From Mayamaea pseudoterrestris (Eukaryota): DNA of 64,000 nt. Numbering within the stretch: the stretch's first letter is position 1; each line of letters starts with the position of its first letter. The notes under the pieces are model-generated. The model did no database searches and was not told the DNA's origin. It was given only the letters and a program-made list of their open reading frames with translations. Positions 21,362-31,330 of the stretch are shown here, piece by piece. Both the position numbers and the translations under genes were made by a program. The stretch is from NCBI GenBank assembly GCA_027923505.1, contig BROI01000004.1, positions 62,001 to 126,000 on the forward strand. The letters run 5' to 3'.

Positions 21362-22022
21362 CTTATTCTGTCGTTGAAATATCTGTGGAGATTGGGATTG
21401 GGAGATTTTGGTGAGATACCATTTGTACGGGAGAACTAGCACTAATCGAATATGGAAACAGGCAAAGGCAGAGACAATCAAGAGCAAAGCGATTCGTATT
21501 TAAAGCAAGCACGAATCCTTGCTTCTGCAACAGCAACGACCGCTTGATGTGCGACTACTAGCGACGTGGATTCTAATTTCAACAGCTTGATCTACTCAAA
21601 AGCCACTTTCGCCCTCCTTCATCTCCATCATCACGACCAACCCTTACAAAAAGGTCCATTAATATCAGTAACAAGTCTATCACGCATCCAGCAACGCCCA
21701 TGGTTGCCAACCCACCTTGCGTTCGAGGAAATTTGAGGGTCTCCATCACATGGCCGGCAGCCGCTACGGACGCTTCCGTAGGGTTTCTACGGCGCACTCC
21801 ATGCGTCACATGGCACGATCTTGAACTTGGCCGTCGTTGGATCGCGACAACTCGAAACGCTAAGTGAGCTCAAAACTTCAACTTGGAACGCGCGCTCCGC
21901 TTTGGCCAATCGCGCTTTCGTTGCTGTCCCATCATCGAAGCAACATCCCCATCATCTTCACCCAATCTGCAGGACTACATAATTACTACATGCCATAGCT
22001 CAAAGCTGAGTAGTCACCAAGC

Positions 22023-22964
22023 ATGCGAATTCTTTATTACTCAGCCTTTGCGGCTGCTCTCATTGCAGCATGTTCCGTGGACGCCTTTGCTCCGAGGAAC
22101 GCATTCTTGTCGTCGCACAAGCCATCCGCATTTCAATCACAACCATTAATAGCATCACTATTATTCATGTCACTCGATCCAGTCAGTTATCTACGCACCG
22201 AGTGGGTCTCGGCCGCCCTCTGCACCAACCAAACACCTCGGTCCGCCGACGTTTGCCTGCAGCTGGGCACGGACGATGGCCGCGCCATTACCTTTCTGCC
22301 GCGCACCATGCGCGAGTTCATTACGAGTTCTGTGGATGTGGAAGGTGTCATTGGCGTGAGCACGCGGCGACAGCTCCAGCAGCAAAAGGAGCGGCGGGGG
22401 ACGGATATTAAATTGAATATATTGGATCAGCGAGCGGATGATTTGAATCAAGTTGAAAATGATTCGGTGGACATTGTCATTTCGTTGCAGGCAGCCGCCA
22501 AGCTGCGTGAGAATGGAATGGACTGGAAAAAGTCGGTGAGGGAAGCGGCGCGCGTACTAAAGCCAGGAGGGCGTTTACTGTTTTGCGAGCAGACGGAGAT
22601 TGACGGTGAAAGCTACTTGGAGTATGCGCAGTCGCTCACGAAAGTAAATGACGACGACGACGATGCAACAATACCTGAGAACGCGGACGAGCAGTTTCCA
22701 ATCTTTGAGGAAGGCGGAGCCGATGCCGTGCCAATGTGCCCGATTCCTCACATTGCGGGTGTCGCCGTCAAGAGTGAAAACGCTGGTTTGAGTGTGGCGC
22801 AGCGAAAAGCCCGGGATGCGCGCGCCGAGCAGGAACGACTCGCCGACTTGTCCATTCAAGTGTTTGAAGGCCAAGGACGCATGAAGCGAAAGCGACGAAA
22901 GAAAAAGACGGAGGATGAAGAGACTGCTGCTGCTCCAGTTGGTAGTAGTAAATCCAAAGCTTGA
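22023..22964 (+). CDS. Plastid-targeted class I SAM-methyltransferase-like protein
   Basis: VDA-FAP bipartite motif; NDSVDIVIS and EAARVLKPGGRLLFCE motifs; motif I is degenerate (LQLGTDDG). Confidence 0.8.
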   Translation: MRILYYSAFAAALIAACSVDAFAPRNAFLSSHKPSAFQSQPLIASLLFMSLDPVSYLRTEWVSAALCTNQTPRSADVCLQLGTDDGRAITFLPRTMREFITSSVDVEGVIGVSTRRQLQQQKERRGTDIKLNILDQRADDLNQVENDSVDIVISLQAAAKLRENGMDWKKSVREAARVLKPGGRLLFCEQTEIDGESYLEYAQSLTKVNDDDDDATIPENADEQFPIFEEGGADAVPMCPIPHIAGVAVKSENAGLSVAQRKARDARAEQERLADLSIQVFEGQGRMKRKRRKKKTEDEETAAAPVGSSKSKA

Positions 22965-23020
22965 TGGAGAAATTAGTTTGCATATATCTTTTTTTATATG
23001 TTATGTCGCACCTCGTAACA

Positions 23021-23998
23021 CTACGAGACGCGATGCGCCATGGATCCATGATCCGCCGTTCCAAACGCCGCCACGGTAGCCGCCACCAGAAGCGTTTCAC
23101 CCAGCAGCAGCCAGCCCGTTTGCTGCAGGCGCTGCATGAGTCGACATACTCCGCTGCCTCGACTTGCTAACGCTTGATTATTGTGACTCCAAAACATTGT
23201 CTCCTCCTGCTCAATGATCCTGGAAAGCATCACGTCGAACGATTCGGTCGCATTGTTTCGCTCCGCGGCAGCTGCCAGTAGCTCCAACGCTTGGTGCCGA
23301 AACCCATCCCAGTCTTGCTCCGTCTGTAGTCGTTCAAACCAAGCTGCTGCTGCTGCTGGATGACGAGTGGGAGCATTCGAACGACAGACGAGAGCTTGCG
23401 ATATGGCAGACACTGTTGTTGCGCCTCCTTCCGGCGTCACAACCGATCGCTGACTGCTGCCGCTGCTCCAAGGCAGCGAAACATCCGACATGGAGCTCGC
23501 CAGCGACTGCGGATTCAGTGACAGGATGGACTGCTGCCCCGGCGTCAAAATGATATTACTATTGGCAATATTGGTCCATGTTTGCGTCGAACGAATGGAA
23601 TACGTTTCATCGTCGTCGTCGTCGCTACGAGCGTCAGTCACGTTTTGGTGCGGCGAGGATGCAAGCACCGACACTTGCGAGGATGGAACGCTACTAAGAA
23701 TGGTAACGCCGCCATAGCTTTCGTCGTCAATGTCAATGTCATGCCTTGCAAGAGCACTATTCCCTACTTGCACCCAAACGGCAGTTGGAAAGTCGTGCTG
23801 GACTTCGCTTGCTCCAGTAATGCTGACACCTCTTGATGGATTGATCCAGCTGCACTCGGCAGCAGCGGCAGCATGTTCCGCGCTCGCGACGGATGCGAGA
23901 ATGAATCGCTCATCATCGTCGTCCTCAGCGTCAGCAATAACATTATGATCATGCAGACTGCTGTCAAAGGACGTTGCGTCAAAGCCAAACAAGCTCAT
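23021..23998 (-). CDS. Hypothetical acidic/Ser-rich protein with a C-terminal hydrophobic tail; start uncertain (ORF open to 24280)
   Basis: Long ORF that fills the gap between neighbours; no family recognised. Confidence 0.55.
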   Translation of the reverse strand: MSLFGFDATSFDSSLHDHNVIADAEDDDDERFILASVASAEHAAAAAECSWINPSRGVSITGASEVQHDFPTAVWVQVGNSALARHDIDIDDESYGGVTILSSVPSSQVSVLASSPHQNVTDARSDDDDDETYSIRSTQTWTNIANSNIILTPGQQSILSLNPQSLASSMSDVSLPWSSGSSQRSVVTPEGGATTVSAISQALVCRSNAPTRHPAAAAAWFERLQTEQDWDGFRHQALELLAAAAERNNATESFDVMLSRIIEQEETMFWSHNNQALASRGSGVCRLMQRLQQTGWLLLGETLLVAATVAAFGTADHGSMAHRVS

Positions 23999-24354
23999 GA
24001 TGTGATATGTGTGCATCTGCATCAAGCTGCTCGTGTCCGTGTCGCGCCCCCGCCGCGCCGTCGCGCCAAGAAAATGAGAAGACATGTCGCACCGCGTCTG
24101 ATGTTCCGTCGCGCAAAAGATCATCGCGTGGATAAGCTTTGCATGATCAAGCGACTTGCCGCTGTTCACATTCTTTCTTCTGTAAACTTTGAGCAAGCAA
24201 CGTCTACGGTAATTGAAAAGCGTTAAAGTGTGGAGTGATCGTTTCACTTTGCTGGACTCATTGAGACCTACACTAGGCAATCTCTGCTGGTCTTCCGATC
24301 GCCGACGTTCGACGACACAAGTTCTGTTTCCACAACAAACTCATTTGTAACATC

Positions 24355-24996
24355 ATGGTATTGACAAACAACCATACATTTCAGCGCGCCTGGCTCTTGG
24401 CGTCCAACGGAGCCATGCTAGCTGGTTGGGCCAGGGTGCTCCAGCTGTTTGTGCACCAACATCAAGCCATTGCGTCTCCCATCAGTAATGCTTCTTCGCA
24501 CGCTTGCACTACACGACTGGAACCAGCCCTGGCGTTTGCCGTCGTAATTTCCTTTCTGGAATGCTTTAATGCAGCCGTGGGATTCACACGGAGCAGTCCA
24601 CTGGCAGTCTTGGTTTTTTGCGTCGTGCGAGCGACGGTGGAGCTAATCGTGGCTCCAATGTTGACGCCGTCGTGCAACAGTGACGCACACTTGTGGACCG
24701 CCGTTTGTTGGAGCTTGGGCGACGCCATTCGCTTCTTTTGCTTTTTCGTGGATGCCATTGTTCCGGGCGGAACCGTGTTCAAGCGAGTACGATACGCGGT
24801 GGGTCCGCTGGTGTTTCCGTTGGGAGCGACTGGAGAAATGATCATGGTGGCGAAACTGGCGCATCAACGAAAGTGGTACGGCTTGTACTTGGTGGCGGCC
24901 CTTTGGCCGGTTGGCTTCTATCCGCTCTACAAGTCGCTGCTGGCGAATCGACGCAAGTTTTTCGATCGACTTGATGATAAGATAAAGACGTCGTAA
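24355..24996 (+). CDS. PTPLA/PHS1 (HACD, very-long-chain 3-hydroxyacyl-CoA dehydratase) family protein
   Basis: LE..NAAVGFTRS, WSLGDAIRF and RY.....VFPLGATGE motifs, multiple TMs, C-terminal RRK...KIKTS. Confidence 0.85.
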   Translation: MVLTNNHTFQRAWLLASNGAMLAGWARVLQLFVHQHQAIASPISNASSHACTTRLEPALAFAVVISFLECFNAAVGFTRSSPLAVLVFCVVRATVELIVAPMLTPSCNSDAHLWTAVCWSLGDAIRFFCFFVDAIVPGGTVFKRVRYAVGPLVFPLGATGEMIMVAKLAHQRKWYGLYLVAALWPVGFYPLYKSLLANRRKFFDRLDDKIKTS

Positions 24997-25064
24997 TGTA
25001 TATGACTGGTAAATGCAGCATTCTACGAAAACATGCAAAGTGCAATTGCCATTATTTCAACTAT

Positions 25065-26248
25065 TCAACCTTGAGACGATGACTTCTTCGTCTGGTCGTC
25101 CCATCCGATCAAAATGTCAGGTTTGGCGGCAAGCGATTCGGGAAGCTCATTGACTGCCAGCAAGTCCCTGCAATGCAACTGCGAAAGCTTCTCCAAACTA
25201 CCAAGAACAGTTGGCAAGTCCTTCAACACTTTGCAATTGGAAACATCCAATATTCGTAGATTAGTCAATTGTCCCATGGTGGAAGGCAGGCTCTCGAGTT
25301 TCTTGCAGTTGCGAAGGTCCAAAACACTGAGCGAGACGCAGTCACCCAGCTCGTCGGGTAACTCATGCAAGCCCTTGCACTTGGCCAGCACCAATTCCTC
25401 CAAGTGAATCCACTGACCAATCGACGCCGGCAAACGCGAAAGACCAAAGCACTTTGACAGCCCCACTTCCAGCAAACTCGTGCAGTTTCCAATCGACTCG
25501 GGCAAGCTCGTTACAGCCTTGCACTCGCGCATTTGCAGCTCCTGCAGGATTTGCAAGTTTCCAATACTCTGCGGCAACGACTCGAGCGCTTTGCACTTGT
25601 CGAGCACCAAGACTTGGAGGCGCGTCAAATGGCCCAATCGTTCGGGGAGTTTTTTCAACACCTTGTTGCCGCTCGACTGCACGTGGCCCAGTAGCAGCTT
25701 TCGAAGGTTGGATAGGTTGCAGAGTGAATCCGGCAAACTGGCAATGGCGCTCGAGTCAGTGAGGTCGAGCTGTAATGGTCATGTAGGTGAGAAGCAGTTC
25801 ATACCATAATTACCACGAACGAATACGCGCACGACAATTTCCAATTCCATAGCCTTACCGTTTTCAAATTCTGCAGCAATCCGATAGATTCAGGTAAACC
25901 TTTGAGTTGATCGCAACGAGTCAACGAAAGATGCGTCAAGTTTGTCATGCTTGCCAAGGAAGCATCCTCGAGTGAGACGAGGTAGCGAAACTTGTTGACT
26001 TTGAAGCGTTGCAAGGATGCGGCTGCTGCTTCGTCGACTAGTTTTCCATTCAGTCGACTCTGCCAGCGATTAACGTCCAAACATGATCGCGTCGTGAGCT
26101 TGTGCTCGGGGCTGCCGGAAAGCTTGGCGCCCTTGAGCGGGCCGCTGTCAATAATGGTGACGGCAGATGCAGCATCTTCGTCGTTGACTCGGCGGCGGTT
26201 AGTAACTTCCTCCGACTCGACAATATCAGCAGCGTCTCTATTGGACAT
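25065..26248 (-). CDS. Leucine-rich repeat protein with 24-aa plant-NLR-type repeats. Exons 26248-25859, 25769-25065
   Basis: About 10 repeats of LxxLPxSIGxLxxLxxLxLxxC. The intron 25858-25770 joins two ORFs in frame. Confidence 0.9.
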
Positions 26249-26654
26249 AATAGTATCGAAAAGTATGCAAGCAGCCAGCTGTTGATAGTTCTACAAGGAA
26301 TGGAAGGATGGAATTGGCTTCGCCAGCGTATTGCTTCGGACCGCTCGTCGATCCAGTCGTGTCAAAAAATGTCGTTCCGGCTATCAATGCGACATCCAAT
26401 GGCGCGCCGATTCACAGTTGTTCCGTGATCATACTTCTTGTAGTACTGCTCATGCTCATCCTGACCAACCCTACTCATCGTTACTTTGTTGACAGTGACA
26501 GCTAGCCTGGATGCTACCTAGTCTGATGAGATGACCTATTGTCTCGTCTAGCCGTAGTAGGAGGGAAACGATAGCGACACATTTTCATTTTCATCTCAGC
26601 AAGCAGCGCAAAGCGCAAAATCAAGCCCAACATCTGTCAGCAACAACACAAGGC

Positions 26655-27659
26655 ATGATGACTCGCAGCATGCAAAACATGACGATTTTACTGTCGCTCT
26701 TGAGCGTCTTGTTCTATCCAAGGAGGGTTGTTTCTCTGGCGGTGGCGCTTCCCGGCGACCTTGGTGGCAAGTCCTTTCGACGAAATGCAATCATTCCGCC
26801 GCAACATCTATCAAACATTCCCAATTCTTGCCAAGCTCCTGCCTTGTCAGCAAAAACAGTCTCCTATAACTCCAATTCTGACGAAACGTCAGTTTCATGG
26901 TTTGATCGGTTCTTTGGACGCAAATCCGTCGTTGATCCCTACCATTTACTATGGTCGCCTGGATTTCTCAAAAAGATGGCCACTGCTGCAACTCTATTGT
27001 ATTCGGCTCGCATTGCTTCCACCAAGTGGCAGACTCGTTCAACCATGGCATCGAAAGCATGCACGTCAATGCCGCACGTTGGTATTTGGCAAAACGTGGG
27101 ATTGCCGCTTCTCGCTAGTGCCTGCTGCTTGCTGCAGCTTGGTTTGAACGTACTCTCCATTGGATGCGCCGGCTTTAACACGTACTTGGGACCTCTCCGT
27201 CCCTATTTCATGGCAATTTTGATTGTCCTGTCCATGCAGAGTGCCGTGGCGACGAGTACCTTGTGGACTGCAAGAGGCTTGCTGACAATGGTGACTCGCT
27301 GGTCGGTTGCCTTGCTTCCCGAAGGTTTATACTTGTTCAACAAGTACGCCAATGAAGGTAAAAGCCATGCGCGAGATGAATCGTTGCTTAATACCATGGT
27401 GGCAGATGTGGAGCTTCATGTCCCCACCATGGGATGCGTGGCCTGCATCAACAGCATTGATACGGCATTGAAGCGACAGGCAGGCGTGCGACATGCATCG
27501 GCGTCACTCTACATGGACAAGAAGGGAGGTAAGGCTGCTGTTCAAGTAGAAGGGGTGTCGGAGAATGAATTAAAAGAGCGCATAGATGATTTGTGCAACG
27601 TTGTTGGCAAGGCTGGATTTGGTGGATGCGTTGTCAAGGCTGTCGAGACAAAGACTTAA
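26655..27659 (+). CDS. Membrane protein with a MerT-like Cys-Cys TM region fused to a C-terminal HMA domain
   Basis: LPLLASACCLLQL...LGPLRPYF followed by further TMs; HMA motif VPTMGCVAC. Confidence 0.8.
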   Translation: MMTRSMQNMTILLSLLSVLFYPRRVVSLAVALPGDLGGKSFRRNAIIPPQHLSNIPNSCQAPALSAKTVSYNSNSDETSVSWFDRFFGRKSVVDPYHLLWSPGFLKKMATAATLLYSARIASTKWQTRSTMASKACTSMPHVGIWQNVGLPLLASACCLLQLGLNVLSIGCAGFNTYLGPLRPYFMAILIVLSMQSAVATSTLWTARGLLTMVTRWSVALLPEGLYLFNKYANEGKSHARDESLLNTMVADVELHVPTMGCVACINSIDTALKRQAGVRHASASLYMDKKGGKAAVQVEGVSENELKERIDDLCNVVGKAGFGGCVVKAVETKT

Positions 27660-27778
27660 ATGGAGCTCTCAATACATTTATGATATATGTATTACATAGC
27701 ACGACATTCATTAATATGCGAAGTGGTATGCCAAAGTGAAGCAAAAAGATGATTGTAAAGTAACGGATGCAAAATGCA

Positions 27779-27897
27779 AAACAAGAACACCTGGGATTCC
27801 AACGTGGTCCCCCACCGTAGTACTAACCAGGCCAGGCGCTGCTTAACTTCGCAGAGCAGACGGGATGCGGTGCTGTCAGCGCTGTATGGTCCTTGCT
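27779..27897 (-). rRNA. 5S rRNA: 5S rRNA gene (solitary copy)
   Basis: Minus strand AGCAAGGACCATAC...GCACCGCATCCCGTCTGCTCTGCGAAGTTAAGC...GGTTAGTACTACGGTGGGGGACCACG...GTGTTCTTGTT, ~119 nt. Termini pair, a T-run follows, and TATAAATA lies ~25-30 nt upstream. Confidence 0.97.
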
Positions 27898-28134
27898 GAC
27901 GCAGAAGAACAATCAATAGTATTTATAGCCAGTAATGTCAATGTCCTTCAGTTTAACGCTGTTGTCTTATTCTTACGAAGTACTTTAAAATAATAATCAT
28001 GCCTATTGATGCTACCAGAGCAGTTGAAAGAACTATGACTAAAAGTATAGCATAATCACGTTTATGCTCCTTCCAGTTTTCGCCGATCACTCCATCAGGC
28101 AAGGCACGCTTTATATAGGTTTTTCATCAATATC

Positions 28135-29046
28135 TTACTCATAAACGGCTCCCATGGCCGACATGGGCTGTCGCGAGCGTCGCGTTGGTACAATATCCAT
28201 TGTAGTACCCGCCGTCCGTTTAAAGTATGGGGTACAGTTTCGAGGCTTCCGCCAGTTGCTCCGGCAAAACTCGTTGCACTTGTGATGGTGAAAAAAGGTA
28301 CTGGTTCCATTGGGACCGAGGTCAGTTGGCCCATACTTGCCTGGCGTCAATGACATGATGACAGGATCCGTCAAAACGACTCCGTCTTGGTAGACACCGC
28401 CTTGCAAGTCACACAAAAGCGTCTGTCCACTCGAGTAGTGGTAGCAAAAGTGCGACAGCGCCTGCATAACTCGAGACCAAGGAATTGAATCATCAGACCA
28501 TCCAGTGTTCGAGTTGAACTTTTGGTAGTCAGTGATGAATGGCTCCTGCAAGACCTTCTTTCTTGCCCAGGAAGCTCTAGCGTCATTGTCAAATGTCCAA
28601 ACTTCGGGTTTGTTGACTCGCACCATACGGTTCACCAACTTGTGCGAGTTCCATTTGGAGACCATGCGAATCGCTTCCTCTGCTGCACTCAAGTCTGCGT
28701 CGTAAAATCGACTCTCCATGACGCCTCCAGTCTTGAACCACTTGCAGACGCATTGCTGACCCGCGCGATTGCCTTCCGTGTACTTGCCTTTGGCGACCCA
28801 TCGGAATGAACCCTGCGCAAAAGGGTGATCTAGATCGTGAGAAGTAAAGGTTGCTCTGTAAGCATCATTGAGTCGTGCCGTTTGGCTGGCATTGACAACG
28901 GCAACGTTTGCCGATTGATTGGCTGGCTGCTTCTGATGTACGCATGCTCCACAACGCGAGATCCCATCGCCCTTATTCCACTGATTGTTACTGTAACTCT
29001 CCCCAGGGAGGTTTCGACCGCAGCTAGCGCAGTATCGATACGCCAT
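28135..29046 (-). CDS. Alpha-kinase (eEF2K/MHCK family) with an N-terminal C4 zinc finger
   Basis: PFAQGSFR, VCKWFK, EPFI..YQKFNSNTG, QALSHF, LLCDLQG, LTDPVI, GPTDLG, H.CN.FC. N-terminal CASC...YSNNQW...RCGAC. Confidence 0.93.
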   Translation of the reverse strand: MAYRYCASCGRNLPGESYSNNQWNKGDGISRCGACVHQKQPANQSANVAVVNASQTARLNDAYRATFTSHDLDHPFAQGSFRWVAKGKYTEGNRAGQQCVCKWFKTGGVMESRFYDADLSAAEEAIRMVSKWNSHKLVNRMVRVNKPEVWTFDNDARASWARKKVLQEPFITDYQKFNSNTGWSDDSIPWSRVMQALSHFCYHYSSGQTLLCDLQGGVYQDGVVLTDPVIMSLTPGKYGPTDLGPNGTSTFFHHHKCNEFCRSNWRKPRNCTPYFKRTAGTTMDIVPTRRSRQPMSAMGAVYE

Positions 29047-29315
29047 GGTGAAGCTTTAGCTTATGCCGGTACAGAAAACGGCAATCAACAAGCATCTGTC
29101 AAAAGTCATCCTAGCGTGAGGCATTTTCGGCGATCCTTCACTTCCAAAGTGCAACGAATCCGTGACTCAGACATCTTCAGTCACGGTTGAAAAGTGGCGC
29201 GAACTTTGGCGCGTGAGCGCGGTCCCTCCATTCTCCGTTTCGTCGCAGCAGCAGAGCGTTGTGTGAGCATGGCTACTGCTACATAGCTACTGCTGCTAAC
29301 ATCTGTTACGCTACA

Positions 29316-30983
29316 ATGGGGTTTCCAATGATCAAAACCAAGAATCGAAGCGTAAAGCATTGTGCTAGTCGTCGGAGGAGGAGGAACAAGGACCTTGTAT
29401 TTGACTCGTCACTGACCCCGACGGTTCAAGCGCTGGCAAGCGCACTGTCAAAACTTGAAGATCCTACAAAAACAATGCTACGCGCCATTGACCATGTAAA
29501 TGCTACTTCAATAAAATCAAAATCATACATCAAGTCTGCCTTGACAAGGCTTTCGTCTAGTTCGCATCCTGTGAAGCAAATGGCGCTCGAAACTGCCCGC
29601 ACGACGGAACGAGCCTTGCGGCTCGCCATGGCACCGCAATACGGCGCCTCGGGCCTCGGGACGTTGTTCAATTGCAAAGAGACGATGAATCGAAATAAGA
29701 GTGCTCGAAATACTGGTAGCGGGCGCAGCAACAATTTTGTGGACGATGAAAAGGACGATCGACGAGTAGCATGCGTCTCGCCCGACGAGACTCCACCGCA
29801 CCGTCGTCAAGCTGATTCTGCACTGCCTGTTGATCACCCGTCGCGTGAACTCTTTGATACTTCTACAGCTACAAATACGGCCATGCCAGAAGCGATTGCG
29901 GCAGCTGCCGTGAGTGACACGGAGACTCCATCAGGTCAAGAGGACGAGGACGACGGACAAGTCGGTTGGCAGGAAGTCATGGCGCTGCTCATTGAAGCTG
30001 TCCAGTTTGAAGCAACGACTTTGGGATGCGCAAGAAGAACCAAGTTTACTGTACAGCGACTCAGTGGACGCGCCTCTATGCAAGGGGTTGATTTGGCGCA
30101 TAAAATTCGGTCTAAACTACAGTCCATTGGCATGCTGCCGGGAGGGTCGCGGCAGGATTGTCGTATATATATGAGCCAACATGATTCATTAACTTGGGTC
30201 CGAATTGTTCTCGGACCCTGCACTTTGCAGTCGACTCAGACTGTCGACTTTCTTGCTGTTTTCAAGGAGCATGAAGAGTTTGTTGCGGTGGCACGGGGAA
30301 AGGCAAAACATGCATCACTCATCTTGTCCACGCTGGACGGAATCTTAGTTTCAACAGCAGCAATGCGAACACATCGTCACGGCACATCAGCTCAACACGC
30401 GACAGCCCTTAATCTCTCTGGTAGTGATCCAAAAAGCTTGCTGGAGTCGGCCTTGTCGATTGGATCGCATGGTGCCGTTGGTCGATTCGCAGCAGCGGCA
30501 GTTTCAACGAGCCCATTGGAAGAACTACACACCATGGCGACTTGCAACTTGTTTGAGAAGATGAGCGATTCTAATGGCGTTCAGGTGAATGATATGCAAG
30601 TAAAAAGTTGCGCAATCAGCAATGGGAAGCTGAATGCATTATCATCGGGTGCCATCATCAACCATGATGCCGCCAAGCAGACGGCGAGAAAGAGAAGGCG
30701 CGACTTGGTGTTTGGCGAGAAACCACCAGTTCGGTCATGCGTCAGATGGATCATTTCGGAAAGCAATGCCGCTCAAGGTAGAGCCACGCAGGTAACACCG
30801 TGTATTAAGGCGCGCTTTACGATAAAAGGTCCAAATGTGTTTGAAGGAATGCAAGCTTTTGCCAATGCCGGTCTTTTGGAGATTGATGGTGATCTTCCTG
30901 ATCATATTCGTGACGCTGTTCACTTGGACTCTGTGATTAAAGTCGTTGACGGGGTTGTCGTGAACCGACCCGACTGCAATTGA
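29316..30983 (+). CDS. CENPN: Probable divergent CENP-N/Chl4/Mis15 inner-kinetochore protein
   Basis: C-terminal RFTIKGPNVFEGMQAFANAGLL...LPDHI resembles the Chl4/CENP-N C-terminal motif as recalled (xFxGxxVFxGxxxLxxxGxxD..P). WVRI strand in the core; E2F-like TTTGGCGC at 29205. Confidence 0.55.
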   Translation: MGFPMIKTKNRSVKHCASRRRRRNKDLVFDSSLTPTVQALASALSKLEDPTKTMLRAIDHVNATSIKSKSYIKSALTRLSSSSHPVKQMALETARTTERALRLAMAPQYGASGLGTLFNCKETMNRNKSARNTGSGRSNNFVDDEKDDRRVACVSPDETPPHRRQADSALPVDHPSRELFDTSTATNTAMPEAIAAAAVSDTETPSGQEDEDDGQVGWQEVMALLIEAVQFEATTLGCARRTKFTVQRLSGRASMQGVDLAHKIRSKLQSIGMLPGGSRQDCRIYMSQHDSLTWVRIVLGPCTLQSTQTVDFLAVFKEHEEFVAVARGKAKHASLILSTLDGILVSTAAMRTHRHGTSAQHATALNLSGSDPKSLLESALSIGSHGAVGRFAAAAVSTSPLEELHTMATCNLFEKMSDSNGVQVNDMQVKSCAISNGKLNALSSGAIINHDAAKQTARKRRRDLVFGEKPPVRSCVRWIISESNAAQGRATQVTPCIKARFTIKGPNVFEGMQAFANAGLLEIDGDLPDHIRDAVHLDSVIKVVDGVVVNRPDCN

Positions 30984-31330
30984 CGTACGCTGCCCTGTTC
31001 TGTTTGTGACCCCTCTGCATTGTGCTCTTTGTTGTTTACTTCAGCTAATATTGTAATTTTGGTGTTTTAATTTGACATACTATGCCTGTGAGTTTATGTA
31101 TGACGACTATCCGGCAAAATAGATGAAGAAACGCTATCACCACTACTTTGATCGCGTTTCATGCAAACGGCATGCATACAGGTAAACCTATGCAGCAATA
31201 CAGGACGCTTCCTGCCTTCTAGAATTCTAGATTTGTTAGTTGAATGAGCTGTCCTACTCATGCTTCCCGAGTGTACAATATACGCCGTTCTTTTGCTACC
31301 ACTACACTCGAATAAAGCATTAAAAAAGAT

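Noticed and set aside
21770..21782. Small hairpin around CTACGGACGCTTCCGTAG in the Rieske/methyltransferase promoter
   Set aside because: A 7-bp stem is expected by chance, and no RNA family features are present.
26500..26590. Possible hammerhead ribozyme or snoRNA (CTGATGAG...GAAAC)
   Set aside because: The short stem after CTGATGA is followed by GTCT, not GAAA. The later GAAA has no supporting stem II, and there is no convincing C/D or H/ACA box pair.
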